Source: a virus
IMG/VR virus record: IMGVR_UViG_3300009164_000068
Span: 3,413-67,412 of that record
Length of the DNA: 64,000 nt
Strand: one strand, 5' to 3'
This document shows, one piece after another, positions 20,601 to 28,289 of this stretch. Under the pieces are notes generated by a model that was not told the DNA's origin, did not search any database, and worked only from the letters and a program-made list of their open reading frames with translations. Numbering within the stretch: position 1 is the stretch's first letter; each line of letters opens with the position of its first letter. Position numbers and translations under genes: made by a program.

Positions 20601-23600
20601 CAACAAAACAACGTTACGGAATAGAATTCCGCCCACGTCAGAGCATGTTTGTAAATCGTATAGAAGCACTTAAACAGGTTATTGAAAGAACAAATTCTTC
20701 ATTACGTAATGTGCTTATAGCCGACGACTATGACCTTTCTGACTTAGAGCAATACGAAGCTGCCCCAAGTAAAATTACAGGACTGTGGGACATCACAATT
20801 GACACTGATGCTGAATTACGATTTGTTTCTACAGTGTTAGCTCAAACTGCAAGTTTAGATGCTGTATTAGAAGACGGCCGAGTAACTTCTGTTAATATTA
20901 TGCGAGCCGGAGCAGGCTACGGAAAGTTAGCCCCTGTTCCGGTAAGTTTGAGATCAGACAGCGTAGACATTGACGGTGATCCAGTGTTGTGGTATGGTCC
21001 TAATGCTAAGATATTTGGCAGCGGCGCAGGCGCAGTTATTAAGACTATTGTGGATACTACAGGCGGCATTGTTGACACTGTGATTTTAAATCAGGGTGAG
21101 GGATACGATGCGCAAACGTTTATGTCAGTTAGAGACTTCAGCGTTTTAGTATTAAGCGATAGCTCTACAATTGACACATGGAGTGTATACTCTTGGAATT
21201 TTGCAGCCAGAGAATGGTTGCGTGTCAGAAGCCAATCTTATAACGTAAGAAAATACTGGGACTATATTGATTGGTTTGACACAGGGTATAACCAGTTTAT
21301 CAAAGTTGATTATCTTGTAGAAAATACCTACGAGCTTGTTACTACAGATATAAGCATTGGTGAAATTGCCAAAGTTAGAAACGTTGGATCAGGCGGATGG
21401 TTGTTATTGGAAAAATACAGCGACTTGCAAACAATCGATTACACTTTGAATTTCAAAGTCATCGGCCGCCAAAATGGTACAATACAGTTTTCGGATAAGC
21501 TGTATAACTTTGCCGACACTACATTAGGATATGATGGTCCGTTGTTTGACTCAGATGTGTTTGATAATAGTCCGACAACTGAAATTAGAATTATACTTAA
21601 CACATTACGAGACAATATATTAGTTGATGAATTAAGAATTGAATATTTAAAATTATTCTTTTCAAGTGTGCGATATGCAATGTACGAACAAACTTTCCTT
21701 GACTGGGCGTTTAAAACCAGTTTTGTTAAGAGTATGCATAACGTAGGCGAGTTGCAACAAAAGGTCACGTATAACAGTGACAATCTTGAATTTTTTGAAG
21801 AATATATTAAAGAAGTTAAACCTTATCGTACAACCATACGAGAGTACGTTAGTAACTATGCTAAGTTAGAAAATTCAGAAACCGCGGTAACTGATTTTGA
21901 TTTGTTGCCAGTGATTGATGAAGCATTGAATGTTACTCCGTTAACAGTTAATGTAACAAACACTGGTCAGGTATCAACATCGTATGATGAAATTAATACG
22001 TATCCTTGGAAATTCTGGAAAGATAATCTTGGATTTGAAATAACATCATTACAGGTTATTGCAAATGGCAGAGGATATGTAACACGCCCAGTTGTAGAAA
22101 TTATTGGCCCTCAACTACCTGGCGGCGTTCCAGCAGAGGCCAAAGCATATATTGCCAACGGTAGCGTATACCGTGTAGATTTAACTAATCCGGGCTCTGG
22201 ATATATTACCACTCCCCGTGTGCGCATTGTTGGAGGAGTTAATCTTGCTACAGGCCGAGCCGCCGCAGTAGTCGCACAATTAGGCAACGGCGTTATTCGT
22301 TCGTCACGTATGAAAATTAAATTTGATAGAATTTCTAAAACATATGAAATTACAAATTTAACACAAATTGAAACATTTACAGGAACAGGTACTCGAACAC
22401 AATTCAGTTTACGATGGAGTCCAGATATTAACATAGGCAATTCTTATGTTACAGTAAACGGCATTGAACTGTTACGAGATCAATATTTGTTAGCTGAAGT
22501 TGAACTTGGTAGAGGCACTGCTACACAGTTAGGTTACACCAGTTATTCAGGACTGATTACGTTTGAAACTGCGCCTGCACGTGGCGCAAGTATTCTTGTT
22601 GAGTACAAAAAAGATTTTAGACACTTATCTGCAACAGACAGAATTACACATTACTACAATCCTACAACAGGCATGTTAGGTAAAGACTTTGCACAGTTAA
22701 TGTCTGGAGTTGATTATGGCGGCGTTCAAATAACTGGTCTTGATTTTGGTATCAGTGTAGGATGGGATGCCCTTCCGTGGTTTACTGAATCTTGGGACAG
22801 TGTAGATCCTACTTTTGAAGATTATATTTTAACATTCACTGGTTCTCGAGTTGAAGTATTAGTAGATGTTAATGGCACCACACCGCCTGTAGGTTCTGGA
22901 TATGTATTAGTAGAAGATGGCGAAACTACCCAAATCTTGCCAGGCTGGATTATGACCGATGCCGGCGGCAACGAATACACTGTTACGTTTTCGGGACATA
23001 ATAGCCTATTCAATGGTTGGGGCATCGGCTTTGCAAGTGCAATTAATATCACTTGGCCACTTGTGTTTACAAGTCCCGGATACATTAACGAATTCCGTAT
23101 GCCATATGTTCCAGAATTGGAACAAGATATTAATGTATACGTTTCAAAATTTGATACAGATACTGCATCGTACTTGCCTTCGATTAGAATAGATGACCCT
23201 GATTTTGCCACTATAAATCAAACAAATAACAACGCTATAATGACAACGTTCGTTGGCGATGGCGAAGTTGATATTATTATTTTACCATCAACTGCAAATT
23301 TAGATTATAATGATAGAATTATATTCCGTAAAGATACCAGTGACGGCAGTTATGCTCCACGTGACGATGAGTACGACACTCAACTAACAGGCGGCGACTT
23401 AGCATACTCGTCAGCAACAGGTGTAGCACCTGATGACATTATACTTGACGGCGACGATCTTGTAAGTGCAACTACCAGCAATGCTCCGGAAGAAGTAGTA
23501 CCTGGACAAGTAATGGACACTGTTGCTATTAAGGTTTTTCATAGACCAAGCGGCGGCTGTCCAAATATCTTGTTTACTAACTATCAAGGTGATGGATCGA

Positions 23601-25882
23601 CTACAGATTATGTCATCGGACAATATTTTCCAAATGACAGCTCAGTAGTTGTTAAAGTTGAAAATACTGTATTAGAAATAGTTACAGACTACGCAATTGA
23701 TTATCAAAATAATCTAATTAGTTTTATTACAGCACCGAATGTAGGCGACACAATTAGCATTATGAGTATTAGTTTTAATTCTGCCAATGTTCTTGATCTT
23801 GATTATTTTGTGTCAGATGGTACAACTACAGAATATATTACACGAGCTAATTGGTTGCCTACTATGTCGTCTACAGTTTTAGTTAACGGACAAATTACAG
23901 ACTACTTGTTATTCAGCACTGACGATCAGTACACTGCTATAGTTGGACAAACGTGGAGATCTCGAACCGGTATACGATTTGCTGAGCCTCCTGCCGCTGG
24001 CGCAATTATTAATTATATTATAGATACAGCTGATATTGAGAAAACCGCCAGCGTGGTTAAAAATGAAACTATAACTTACGTTACTGGCACAAGCACTTAT
24101 CAACTAACTAACACTGTGGGCGTTAATAGGCCGCTTGATCAAAATGTATTAGTTAAAAATAATCAAACAATTTTAAAACCAGCCAGCGCAACTTACTTTA
24201 CAATGCAAAATGGTAACTTGTCTTATTCATTAGCAGACCATAAGTATGTTGGAGTTAGCATTGATTCCAGCGATATCAAAGTCTACAAAAATGCAAATTT
24301 ATTAACATTTGGCCCAGGATATACTGTGTTATTTGATTATGCTGATTCATTGTACGGTGTGTTAGAAAGCTCTATAATAATAGACGGCGGTACTGGATAT
24401 GTATTAGGTGAAACATTAGATGCAGAAGGCGGCACCGTCGGACCGTCTGGTTCCGGAGCTAAGTTTCAAGTCTCACAAGTTAACGGCATGGGAACTATTC
24501 AGCAAATTGAATTAATTGATGCAGGTTCCTACATAACTGCTCCAACAGCACCATTTGTATTAGTTGGCGGAACAGGCACTGCCGCTGCGATTACTGCAGA
24601 GTTTGAGCTTATAGAAGATCATCCTAACATCACAATTAATTTAAAACCAGGCATGTTTACTAATAATGCAAAGCTAACTGTATTAGTAGACTCCGATGCT
24701 GACTACGTAATTAATTCTAATAACACTATAACTTTTAATAAGATATTTGCTAACAACACACCTATCACAATTACCAGTTATTATAATCACAATATATTAG
24801 GTATCGAGCGTACAATAGATACATTAGTTCCTGCTATCTCTGTTACAAACGGCACTACTGAATATTATGAGTTATCTGGAAAACTTGGTGGACTATTTAA
24901 ACTTAGAAACACCGCAGTAGCTGGCGACTTTGTTTGGGTAATTAAGAACAGCGAGTTCTTAATGCATAATATTGACTATGTCTTAGAAGACGATCTAATC
25001 ACAGTTAGATTAAAAGATTACTTATTCGATACTGATGTTATTCAAATAATGGCCTTTACTAACACAGTAGTCCATGAAAATTTTGCCTACATGCAGTTTA
25101 AAGACATGTTGAATCGTGTGCATTACAAACGCCTTAACAAAGCTAAGTCTACGTTATTGTCAAAGGATTTAACTCAGTTTGATGTTAGTATTACTGTAGA
25201 TGATTCTACAGTGTTGGATACTCCAAATGCTGCAAAAAATGTTCCTGGCATTATCGAAATCAATGGCGAGCGTATTGAATACTTTGTTAAAGTTGGTAAC
25301 GTATTAAGCCAGATACGTCGAGGTACTTTAGGTACAGGTGTTCCTGCATACCACAGTAAGGATAGTAATGTACAAAATATAGGCTCAAGTGAAACTATTC
25401 CGTACAAGGATGAATTTATTGTTACAACACACACGTCTGACGGTGTTTCAAGAATAGTTGCACTGCCGTACATTCCAAAGATAAACGATATGGAAGTATT
25501 TGTAGGCGGCCTACGACTTAAGAAAAATCAATATAAGATTTACGGAAAGTTAGATCAAGGAAATGTAGTAGACCCCGAGTATCCAGAAAGTACAGCAGGA
25601 GACATCACGTTGCCCGCTGAATTTAGTATAACAGGTCGAGCAGAGCTTCGATTAACAACTATCCCTCCTATGGGCGTAAAGATTTCCGTAATTAAAAAGC
25701 AAGGTAAACTTTGGAATGATGTTGGACAGCGATTAGCTAAGTCTAACAATATTGTTGCTAACTTTATTAAAGAAGCCGCCAGTCCTTGGGTAGACACATA
25801 CCTGGATAAATATGAAAACAGAATAGTTAGTAGTGACGGAAATCCGTTACAAACCGGCGACGGAGAACCACTGGAATATTAA
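11678..25882 (+). CDS. Giant multidomain virion protein (4734 aa), gp7-like baseplate wedge/fiber scaffold with FG-GAP-like propeller repeats
   Basis: Uninterrupted 14.2-kb ORF coupled to gp6; FG.S.....G...AVGAP repeats at about 18240-19720; G(S/T/R)GY and (G/S)DG.T repeats; VKPYRT..RE motif. Confidence 0.7.
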   Translation: MAYNKDQNEPKVPVSNVEKRTSSDLLPRFYRTKGNKKFLQATLDQLIQPGTVKKINGYIGRETAKAVKSSDIFLQAADTTRQNYQLEPAAVIQDYLGNTTFFKDYIDHINHIGVFDGVNTNHSRLNKQEFYSWNPHIAWDKFVNYQQYYWLPFGPDPIEVLGNQLEIQSTYTVKGVDEEDNVAYLFTPNGLTRNPTLRLFRGQTYTFDIDAEGHPFSIKTQRTSGNLNRYTYGVDKFAVEKGTITFTVPVNAPDVLFYVSENAVDTGGVFHVLDIDENTSIDLTQDFLGKKDYIIPNGTSKGLRISNGMKLSFGGQVTPEKYGTNFWYVEGVGTAIRLVADRDLEVKTSYNVETNILFDDTPFDQLPFGDASTLPSTKDYITINRASPDLNPWSRYNRWFHQDVVVASALANGQVADLDQTFRATRPIIEFDAGIKLYNYGLVSKQAVDVIDNFTTDVFSTIEGSLGYNVDGIDLATGMRILFTADLDSKVKDKIFKVNFIDVTPPARQISFIPEFVVDVNTNIFTFPTEHGLPNYARVTYLVNGNDPMSGLTNRQVYYVKVLNTFAIELHTTPQLNKQADIFTITSGTHKLEVYIGKRRQIYLEEAVDSSPILYETVAVNYGTADTVTADIKGNQGQTYWYNGTTWKLAQLKTAVNQPPLFDVFDSNEISYSDNTVYDGSTFTGTKIFSYKVGLGTADPTLKFPLTYQNINNIGDIVFEFNLLTDSFAYKNVTDVLYKNTDVGYLKVSIDFEQVSFENAWTTSLIVDAQPVVRVFKESNLTNNFPIDVYDDKNDLADLEVRVYINGKRLAKNLYTIVDAVIRKIVNLNTDVALTDVVTLRCFAKQAKNNNGYYEIPGSLQNNPLNNNVEKFTLGEVIDHVDSIIDNISTFAGAYPGNGNLRDLGNLAAYGTRFVQHSGPINLSLYHLGNKSANIIKALDQARNDYGKFKRSFIIAATDSGIDTDARRHVDFVLQQVNKDRPKTSPYFLTDMFGYTASNRIEYTVLDARIKTYPLTNKFNLTTLSNKSVNIYLNGEQLIHGRDYQFGDDVFFELLIDISEDDLIEAYEYETTDGCFCPATPSKLGLYPKFEPKKYIDDTYVEPTEVIQGHDGSITVAFGDYRDDLILELETRIFNNIKVNYDSTIFDIWEYVPGYNRDTAYTREEFDKILSKYFFQWTSNIQQDYTKHIGYDQTNTFTYNYRGNYSPAQEDVPAAWRGIYKWYFDTDRPHTNPWECIGYSIEPRWWQEVYGPAPYTSDNLILWDDIKQGIVREPGVPIRRLAKFAKPILNSGLPVNDQGVLLSPLDAGLVQGFIRLNDGGYFVFGDQSTVESAWRRSSYLPFALITTCLLMQPNAVLGRCLDRSRVIRNKNSQLIYSNTGLRIRLQDILIPSTANRNNNTRTYTSGLINYIVDYLSSENTAQIDAYASDLQLLTNKIATKLGAFTSQAKYKILLDSKNPSSTGGVFVPEENYFVDLNVSSAIRKVIYSGVMITKFADGFELRGYNFDNPYFTYYGYRQDNRVINVGGISESYINWNSSQLYTAGKLVKANNQYYRVKSTHTTGEVFDDQYYVRLAELPVTGGREAIIRKSFDSSDVQTIAYGTKLTTIQEVADVLQGYGAYLEDQGFVFDDFNNEMGVITNWETSVKEFMFWSTQNWSVGAVISLSPSADKLIFKSNISVVGDITDPFYSYSVYRVDGQKLDPEFISTYRNDGVFTIEPENTNYGIFGITLYLLQKEHIVVLDNTTLFNDTIYDQEAGYRQERIKVIGYTTSNWKGSFEIPGFIYDQAIINAWEPWTDYNLGDIVKHKEFYYSAGKFLIGTQEFENENWILLEEKPKAALLPNWDYKAETFTDFYDLDTDNFDAGQQKIAQHLIGYQKRQYLENIIQNDVSQYKFYQGMIIEKGTQNVLNKLFDVLSADGQDSLTFDEEWAFRVGEYGAVDTFDEIEFVLNESQFKINPQPVELVSTIDLTINDFVYRQRPSDIYIKPLNYTNDIWPISTATPYLRTPGYVKSEDVKLSVDKLDDLLTYDIASFIEGEYVWCAFENRSWNVYRFSKTAFNITNVSYANSVVTVSCNKTLTIEPGDIVGIEGSDKLAGFHKVVSVSLNTFTVSKKIEGWTPFADADTILSYSFNQQRIGNVDDANSIIPRYIKPDELFWADDTGNGTWSTYKNAGVFRKGSLLNATPTANLKFGSSTSVDQTGNIAAVVDRDGVTVYEKGSSDNLWSSTYRLLVDPTMSATTPLFGSTVKFSQDGKWLAVAAQDALGIDYGYVSMYKRELNGSYQFLRFLKSPSPAVNEKYGSSICFGKKTNPEAVYTALTGSYDNTGEGARWTVRRVGALYSVTNSVKGVSYAIGDTIVISGSELGGDSPDNNLTITVTNVNAATGAIESFNYTGTGLPDTYFLAIAAQGYNANQGRVYTYQYTENTGWSLLGFLPTTTISGDQFGYDIAMSATGGKLIVSAPAANQDTGSVFVYSFNSVLDVYQPTQTITGSINDDAERFGESIAISNSGDYIAVGAPLINVGSKKDVGQVLIYKRPANNTSALHLLYQTINSPRKEVNERYGTDIEFMNGEDTLVVFSKYGDIENIATLDSGDTTFDNNSLQLLDVESDIGRIDIFDRYNTKFIYGESLKNSSVPLSGYGNEIAVGSNTILVSAINEIDTGSVNSGNVYSYVKTANTSSWSVLHSQIAKVDVSKIKKAFLYNKVTNQIVKYLDVIDPIQGEIPGIADQEVKYKTYFDPAVYSIGTDEVIVDDGMNWTSNQVGMLWWDLTNAKFIDTQSGDVIYRTSTWNRLYDTASIDVYEWVETTLLPSAWNKIADTENGYAKGVSGTTKHGDNIYSVKKRYDSISKTFKETYYYWVKNKKITPNIEGRQLSSSDVANLISDPVGYGYSCIAFTSTNSFSLINCEQYLQGTDVVLSVQYWLSDVTNSNFHSQWKLLSTNRNTIIPTAIETKWFHSLVGKDANDRVVPDINLPTKQRYGIEFRPRQSMFVNRIEALKQVIERTNSSLRNVLIADDYDLSDLEQYEAAPSKITGLWDITIDTDAELRFVSTVLAQTASLDAVLEDGRVTSVNIMRAGAGYGKLAPVPVSLRSDSVDIDGDPVLWYGPNAKIFGSGAGAVIKTIVDTTGGIVDTVILNQGEGYDAQTFMSVRDFSVLVLSDSSTIDTWSVYSWNFAAREWLRVRSQSYNVRKYWDYIDWFDTGYNQFIKVDYLVENTYELVTTDISIGEIAKVRNVGSGGWLLLEKYSDLQTIDYTLNFKVIGRQNGTIQFSDKLYNFADTTLGYDGPLFDSDVFDNSPTTEIRIILNTLRDNILVDELRIEYLKLFFSSVRYAMYEQTFLDWAFKTSFVKSMHNVGELQQKVTYNSDNLEFFEEYIKEVKPYRTTIREYVSNYAKLENSETAVTDFDLLPVIDEALNVTPLTVNVTNTGQVSTSYDEINTYPWKFWKDNLGFEITSLQVIANGRGYVTRPVVEIIGPQLPGGVPAEAKAYIANGSVYRVDLTNPGSGYITTPRVRIVGGVNLATGRAAAVVAQLGNGVIRSSRMKIKFDRISKTYEITNLTQIETFTGTGTRTQFSLRWSPDINIGNSYVTVNGIELLRDQYLLAEVELGRGTATQLGYTSYSGLITFETAPARGASILVEYKKDFRHLSATDRITHYYNPTTGMLGKDFAQLMSGVDYGGVQITGLDFGISVGWDALPWFTESWDSVDPTFEDYILTFTGSRVEVLVDVNGTTPPVGSGYVLVEDGETTQILPGWIMTDAGGNEYTVTFSGHNSLFNGWGIGFASAINITWPLVFTSPGYINEFRMPYVPELEQDINVYVSKFDTDTASYLPSIRIDDPDFATINQTNNNAIMTTFVGDGEVDIIILPSTANLDYNDRIIFRKDTSDGSYAPRDDEYDTQLTGGDLAYSSATGVAPDDIILDGDDLVSATTSNAPEEVVPGQVMDTVAIKVFHRPSGGCPNILFTNYQGDGSTTDYVIGQYFPNDSSVVVKVENTVLEIVTDYAIDYQNNLISFITAPNVGDTISIMSISFNSANVLDLDYFVSDGTTTEYITRANWLPTMSSTVLVNGQITDYLLFSTDDQYTAIVGQTWRSRTGIRFAEPPAAGAIINYIIDTADIEKTASVVKNETITYVTGTSTYQLTNTVGVNRPLDQNVLVKNNQTILKPASATYFTMQNGNLSYSLADHKYVGVSIDSSDIKVYKNANLLTFGPGYTVLFDYADSLYGVLESSIIIDGGTGYVLGETLDAEGGTVGPSGSGAKFQVSQVNGMGTIQQIELIDAGSYITAPTAPFVLVGGTGTAAAITAEFELIEDHPNITINLKPGMFTNNAKLTVLVDSDADYVINSNNTITFNKIFANNTPITITSYYNHNILGIERTIDTLVPAISVTNGTTEYYELSGKLGGLFKLRNTAVAGDFVWVIKNSEFLMHNIDYVLEDDLITVRLKDYLFDTDVIQIMAFTNTVVHENFAYMQFKDMLNRVHYKRLNKAKSTLLSKDLTQFDVSITVDDSTVLDTPNAAKNVPGIIEINGERIEYFVKVGNVLSQIRRGTLGTGVPAYHSKDSNVQNIGSSETIPYKDEFIVTTHTSDGVSRIVALPYIPKINDMEVFVGGLRLKKNQYKIYGKLDQGNVVDPEYPESTAGDITLPAEFSITGRAELRLTTIPPMGVKISVIKKQGKLWNDVGQRLAKSNNIVANFIKEAASPWVDTYLDKYENRIVSSDGNPLQTGDGEPLEY

Positions 25883-25885
25883 AAT

Positions 25886-26725
25886 ATGGCAACAATTAAC
25901 TCTTTACCTACCATTGTAACTCCCGCAGCCGATTCTGTAGTTGTAGTTACAGATAGCACATCTTCTAAGAAAATTACCATTTCTGATTTAAGAAATGCAA
26001 TGATTCCGACAGCGTCTTCGGTAACCGCTGGCGCAGTAAAAATTGGCACCGGGTTGCAAATTAATCAAGCAGGGGTAGTTTCAGTATCTAACTACAGCGG
26101 ATATACATTACCGGCAGCAACTAATGGCTCGCTCGGTGGCGTCATTGTAGGCAACGGACTTACTGTATCTGCAGAAGGTGTATTAAATCTTAGCTCGTTA
26201 GTAATACCTGTTGCAAGTAGGTTTGTTTCAGGTACTGTAAAAGTTGGCACCGGCCTGCAAATAGACACTAATGGCGTTTTAAACAACACAATTCCAGTAT
26301 ACCAGTTACCGTCAGCAACTCAATCAGTATTAGGTGGCATCAAAGTGGGATACGGATTAGTAATGACTAATTCGTTTCTATCAACTGAAGCAAAAACTTA
26401 TGTAGTTGAAGGGAATCAGTTAATCGATGAAGATTATACCACTGCTGATAACAAGGTTTTATACAGTGTTGGCCCTGTAACTATCGGTAGAACTGCAACT
26501 TTTACAATTGAAAAAGCAGCAACTTGGACTATCTATACCCCAGGTGTGAGCGAAGTTTATATTCCACCACCACCGCCAGTTGTTCCAATTCAAGAGCAAG
26601 ATACACTAATTATCGATAATTACAGTATAGCCAATGGAAAAATAGCGTCAAGTATCGGTCCTATAACTATCGATCGCAACGTCACTGTAGAGATAGCCCC
26701 ATTAAGTACGTGGGTTATTTTTTAA
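25886..26725 (+). CDS. Tail fiber-like protein with four P.A....(L)GG.KVG.GL repeats and a duplicated C-terminal GP(V/I)TI...W domain
   Basis: Repeats visible in the translation; PPPPP linker between the two C-terminal copies; ATAAATA at 25806-25812 upstream. Confidence 0.6.
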   Translation: MATINSLPTIVTPAADSVVVVTDSTSSKKITISDLRNAMIPTASSVTAGAVKIGTGLQINQAGVVSVSNYSGYTLPAATNGSLGGVIVGNGLTVSAEGVLNLSSLVIPVASRFVSGTVKVGTGLQIDTNGVLNNTIPVYQLPSATQSVLGGIKVGYGLVMTNSFLSTEAKTYVVEGNQLIDEDYTTADNKVLYSVGPVTIGRTATFTIEKAATWTIYTPGVSEVYIPPPPPVVPIQEQDTLIIDNYSIANGKIASSIGPITIDRNVTVEIAPLSTWVIF

Positions 26726-26732
26726 ATAAATA
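26726..26732 (+). promoter_or_regulatory. Putative late promoter ATAAATA
   Basis: Directly after the 26725 stop, upstream of AGGAG and ATG 26755. Confidence 0.55.
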
Positions 26733-26754
26733 CATCATCAGGAGTAATTCAAAA

Positions 26755-27660
26755 ATGGCAAATCTTAAACTTTTAGGCGCAGTTTCCGGCTATACCGAGC
26801 TGGCTGCGGCCGATAATGCTGTGCCTACAGTATTTGTTCTTCCAGCAGCTGACGGAACAGTTGGACAAGTATTGAGCACAAACGGTAACGGTACTTTACA
26901 ATTTACTACAGTACAAGCAGGCGGCGCAAATTATACACTTCCAATTGCATCAACATTAACATTGGGCGGTGTAAGGGTTGACGGTACATCTATCACAATT
27001 AACGGTTCGGGAGTTATTTCCGGAGCGTCTACTTACACGCTTCCTGCTGCATCAAGCACGGTGTTAGGAGGTGTTAAAGTAGGAAACGGACTTGAAATAG
27101 TCAGTGGTGTTCTTAGTGCAACCGGCACTGCTACTGCAACACAATCTGATTCATTAAAGGTTGGTGCAAACTACAGACAAGCAGCTATTGATGAAGCAAG
27201 TCAAGGCACAGCTTATACCGTTGCTTGTAGAGATCTTGACGGCAATTTAAATGCAGTATTGTTTCAAGGTACTGCAACAAGTTCCTTATTTGCTGACTTA
27301 GCTGAACGTTATACAGCTGATGCAACATATGCTCCGGGCACAGTTCTTGAATTTGGCGGCTCCCACGAAGTTACCATTGCACAAGACGATACTCGTCGAG
27401 TTGCAGGCGTAGTTTCGTCACATCCGGGTTTCATTATGAATAATGCACTACAAGGTACTCATGTTGCAACTGTTGCGTTACAAGGTCGAGTACCATGTAA
27501 AGTAAGAGGAACAATACGTAAAGGTGACATGTTAGTAAGCGCAGGCGGCGGCTTTGCTCGTCCAACACAGACTCCACAAGTTGGTTCTGTAATTGGTAAA
27601 GCTCTCGAAGACTTTGATGGTGCTGAAGGCGTTATTGAAGTAGTAGTAGGCAGACTATAA
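26755..27660 (+). CDS. Tail fiber-like protein with C-terminal ADLAE-type intramolecular chaperone-like domain
   Basis: Start moved to ATG 26755 (AGGAG SD); two YTLP.AS...LGGV repeats; ADLAERY...GVVS..P...ALQGRVPCKV.G...KGD.LV motif. Confidence 0.65.
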   Translation: MANLKLLGAVSGYTELAAADNAVPTVFVLPAADGTVGQVLSTNGNGTLQFTTVQAGGANYTLPIASTLTLGGVRVDGTSITINGSGVISGASTYTLPAASSTVLGGVKVGNGLEIVSGVLSATGTATATQSDSLKVGANYRQAAIDEASQGTAYTVACRDLDGNLNAVLFQGTATSSLFADLAERYTADATYAPGTVLEFGGSHEVTIAQDDTRRVAGVVSSHPGFIMNNALQGTHVATVALQGRVPCKVRGTIRKGDMLVSAGGGFARPTQTPQVGSVIGKALEDFDGAEGVIEVVVGRL

Positions 27661-27677
27661 TCAACAAAGAGAAGAAC

Positions 27678-28289
27678 ATGCAAGGTAAAGATCTAACCGG
27701 AATTCACATAGAAGGGCATATCAAAATTTGGTATCCCGAAACAGGCGAAGTAGCAATTAACAAGCGTAATGCCATTCATTATGAAAATATGAGTATTGCT
27801 CTTGCTGATAGCATTGCCAATCAAGGCCAAGGATTTATCAATACCATGGCGTTCGGCAATGGCGGCACCAGTGTAGATCCAACCGGCATTATCACATACC
27901 TTACTCCTAATTCAACAGGCACAAATGCCGGACTGTATAATCAAACATATTCTAAAGTTATTAATGATAGAACATCATCGAACTTGGACCCAGTTCGAAA
28001 CAGAGTAGAGACACGCCACGTTACTGGAAAAAATTACACTGATGTATTTGTTACCTGTTTATTAGACTACGGCGAACCAAGCGGCCAAGAAGCCTTTGAC
28101 AATACCAGCAACAATGACAGTAATTATGTATTTGATGAGTTAGGTCTTGTTTCTTTCAGTACATCTGGCAATCCCCGCCTGCTAACTCACGTTATCTTTC
28201 ACCCGGTGCAAAAATCTTTGAATAGACTTATTCAAATTGATTATACTGTTAGAATTCAAAGCCTTACGGGTTTAAGTGAGGTTGCGTAA
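27678..28289 (+). CDS. Conserved virion structural protein (baseplate/fiber attachment-like)
   Basis: Within the tail module; N.IH...MAFGNGG...FDELGL...THVIFHPVQKS...I.YT pattern. Confidence 0.5.
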   Translation: MQGKDLTGIHIEGHIKIWYPETGEVAINKRNAIHYENMSIALADSIANQGQGFINTMAFGNGGTSVDPTGIITYLTPNSTGTNAGLYNQTYSKVINDRTSSNLDPVRNRVETRHVTGKNYTDVFVTCLLDYGEPSGQEAFDNTSNNDSNYVFDELGLVSFSTSGNPRLLTHVIFHPVQKSLNRLIQIDYTVRIQSLTGLSEVA

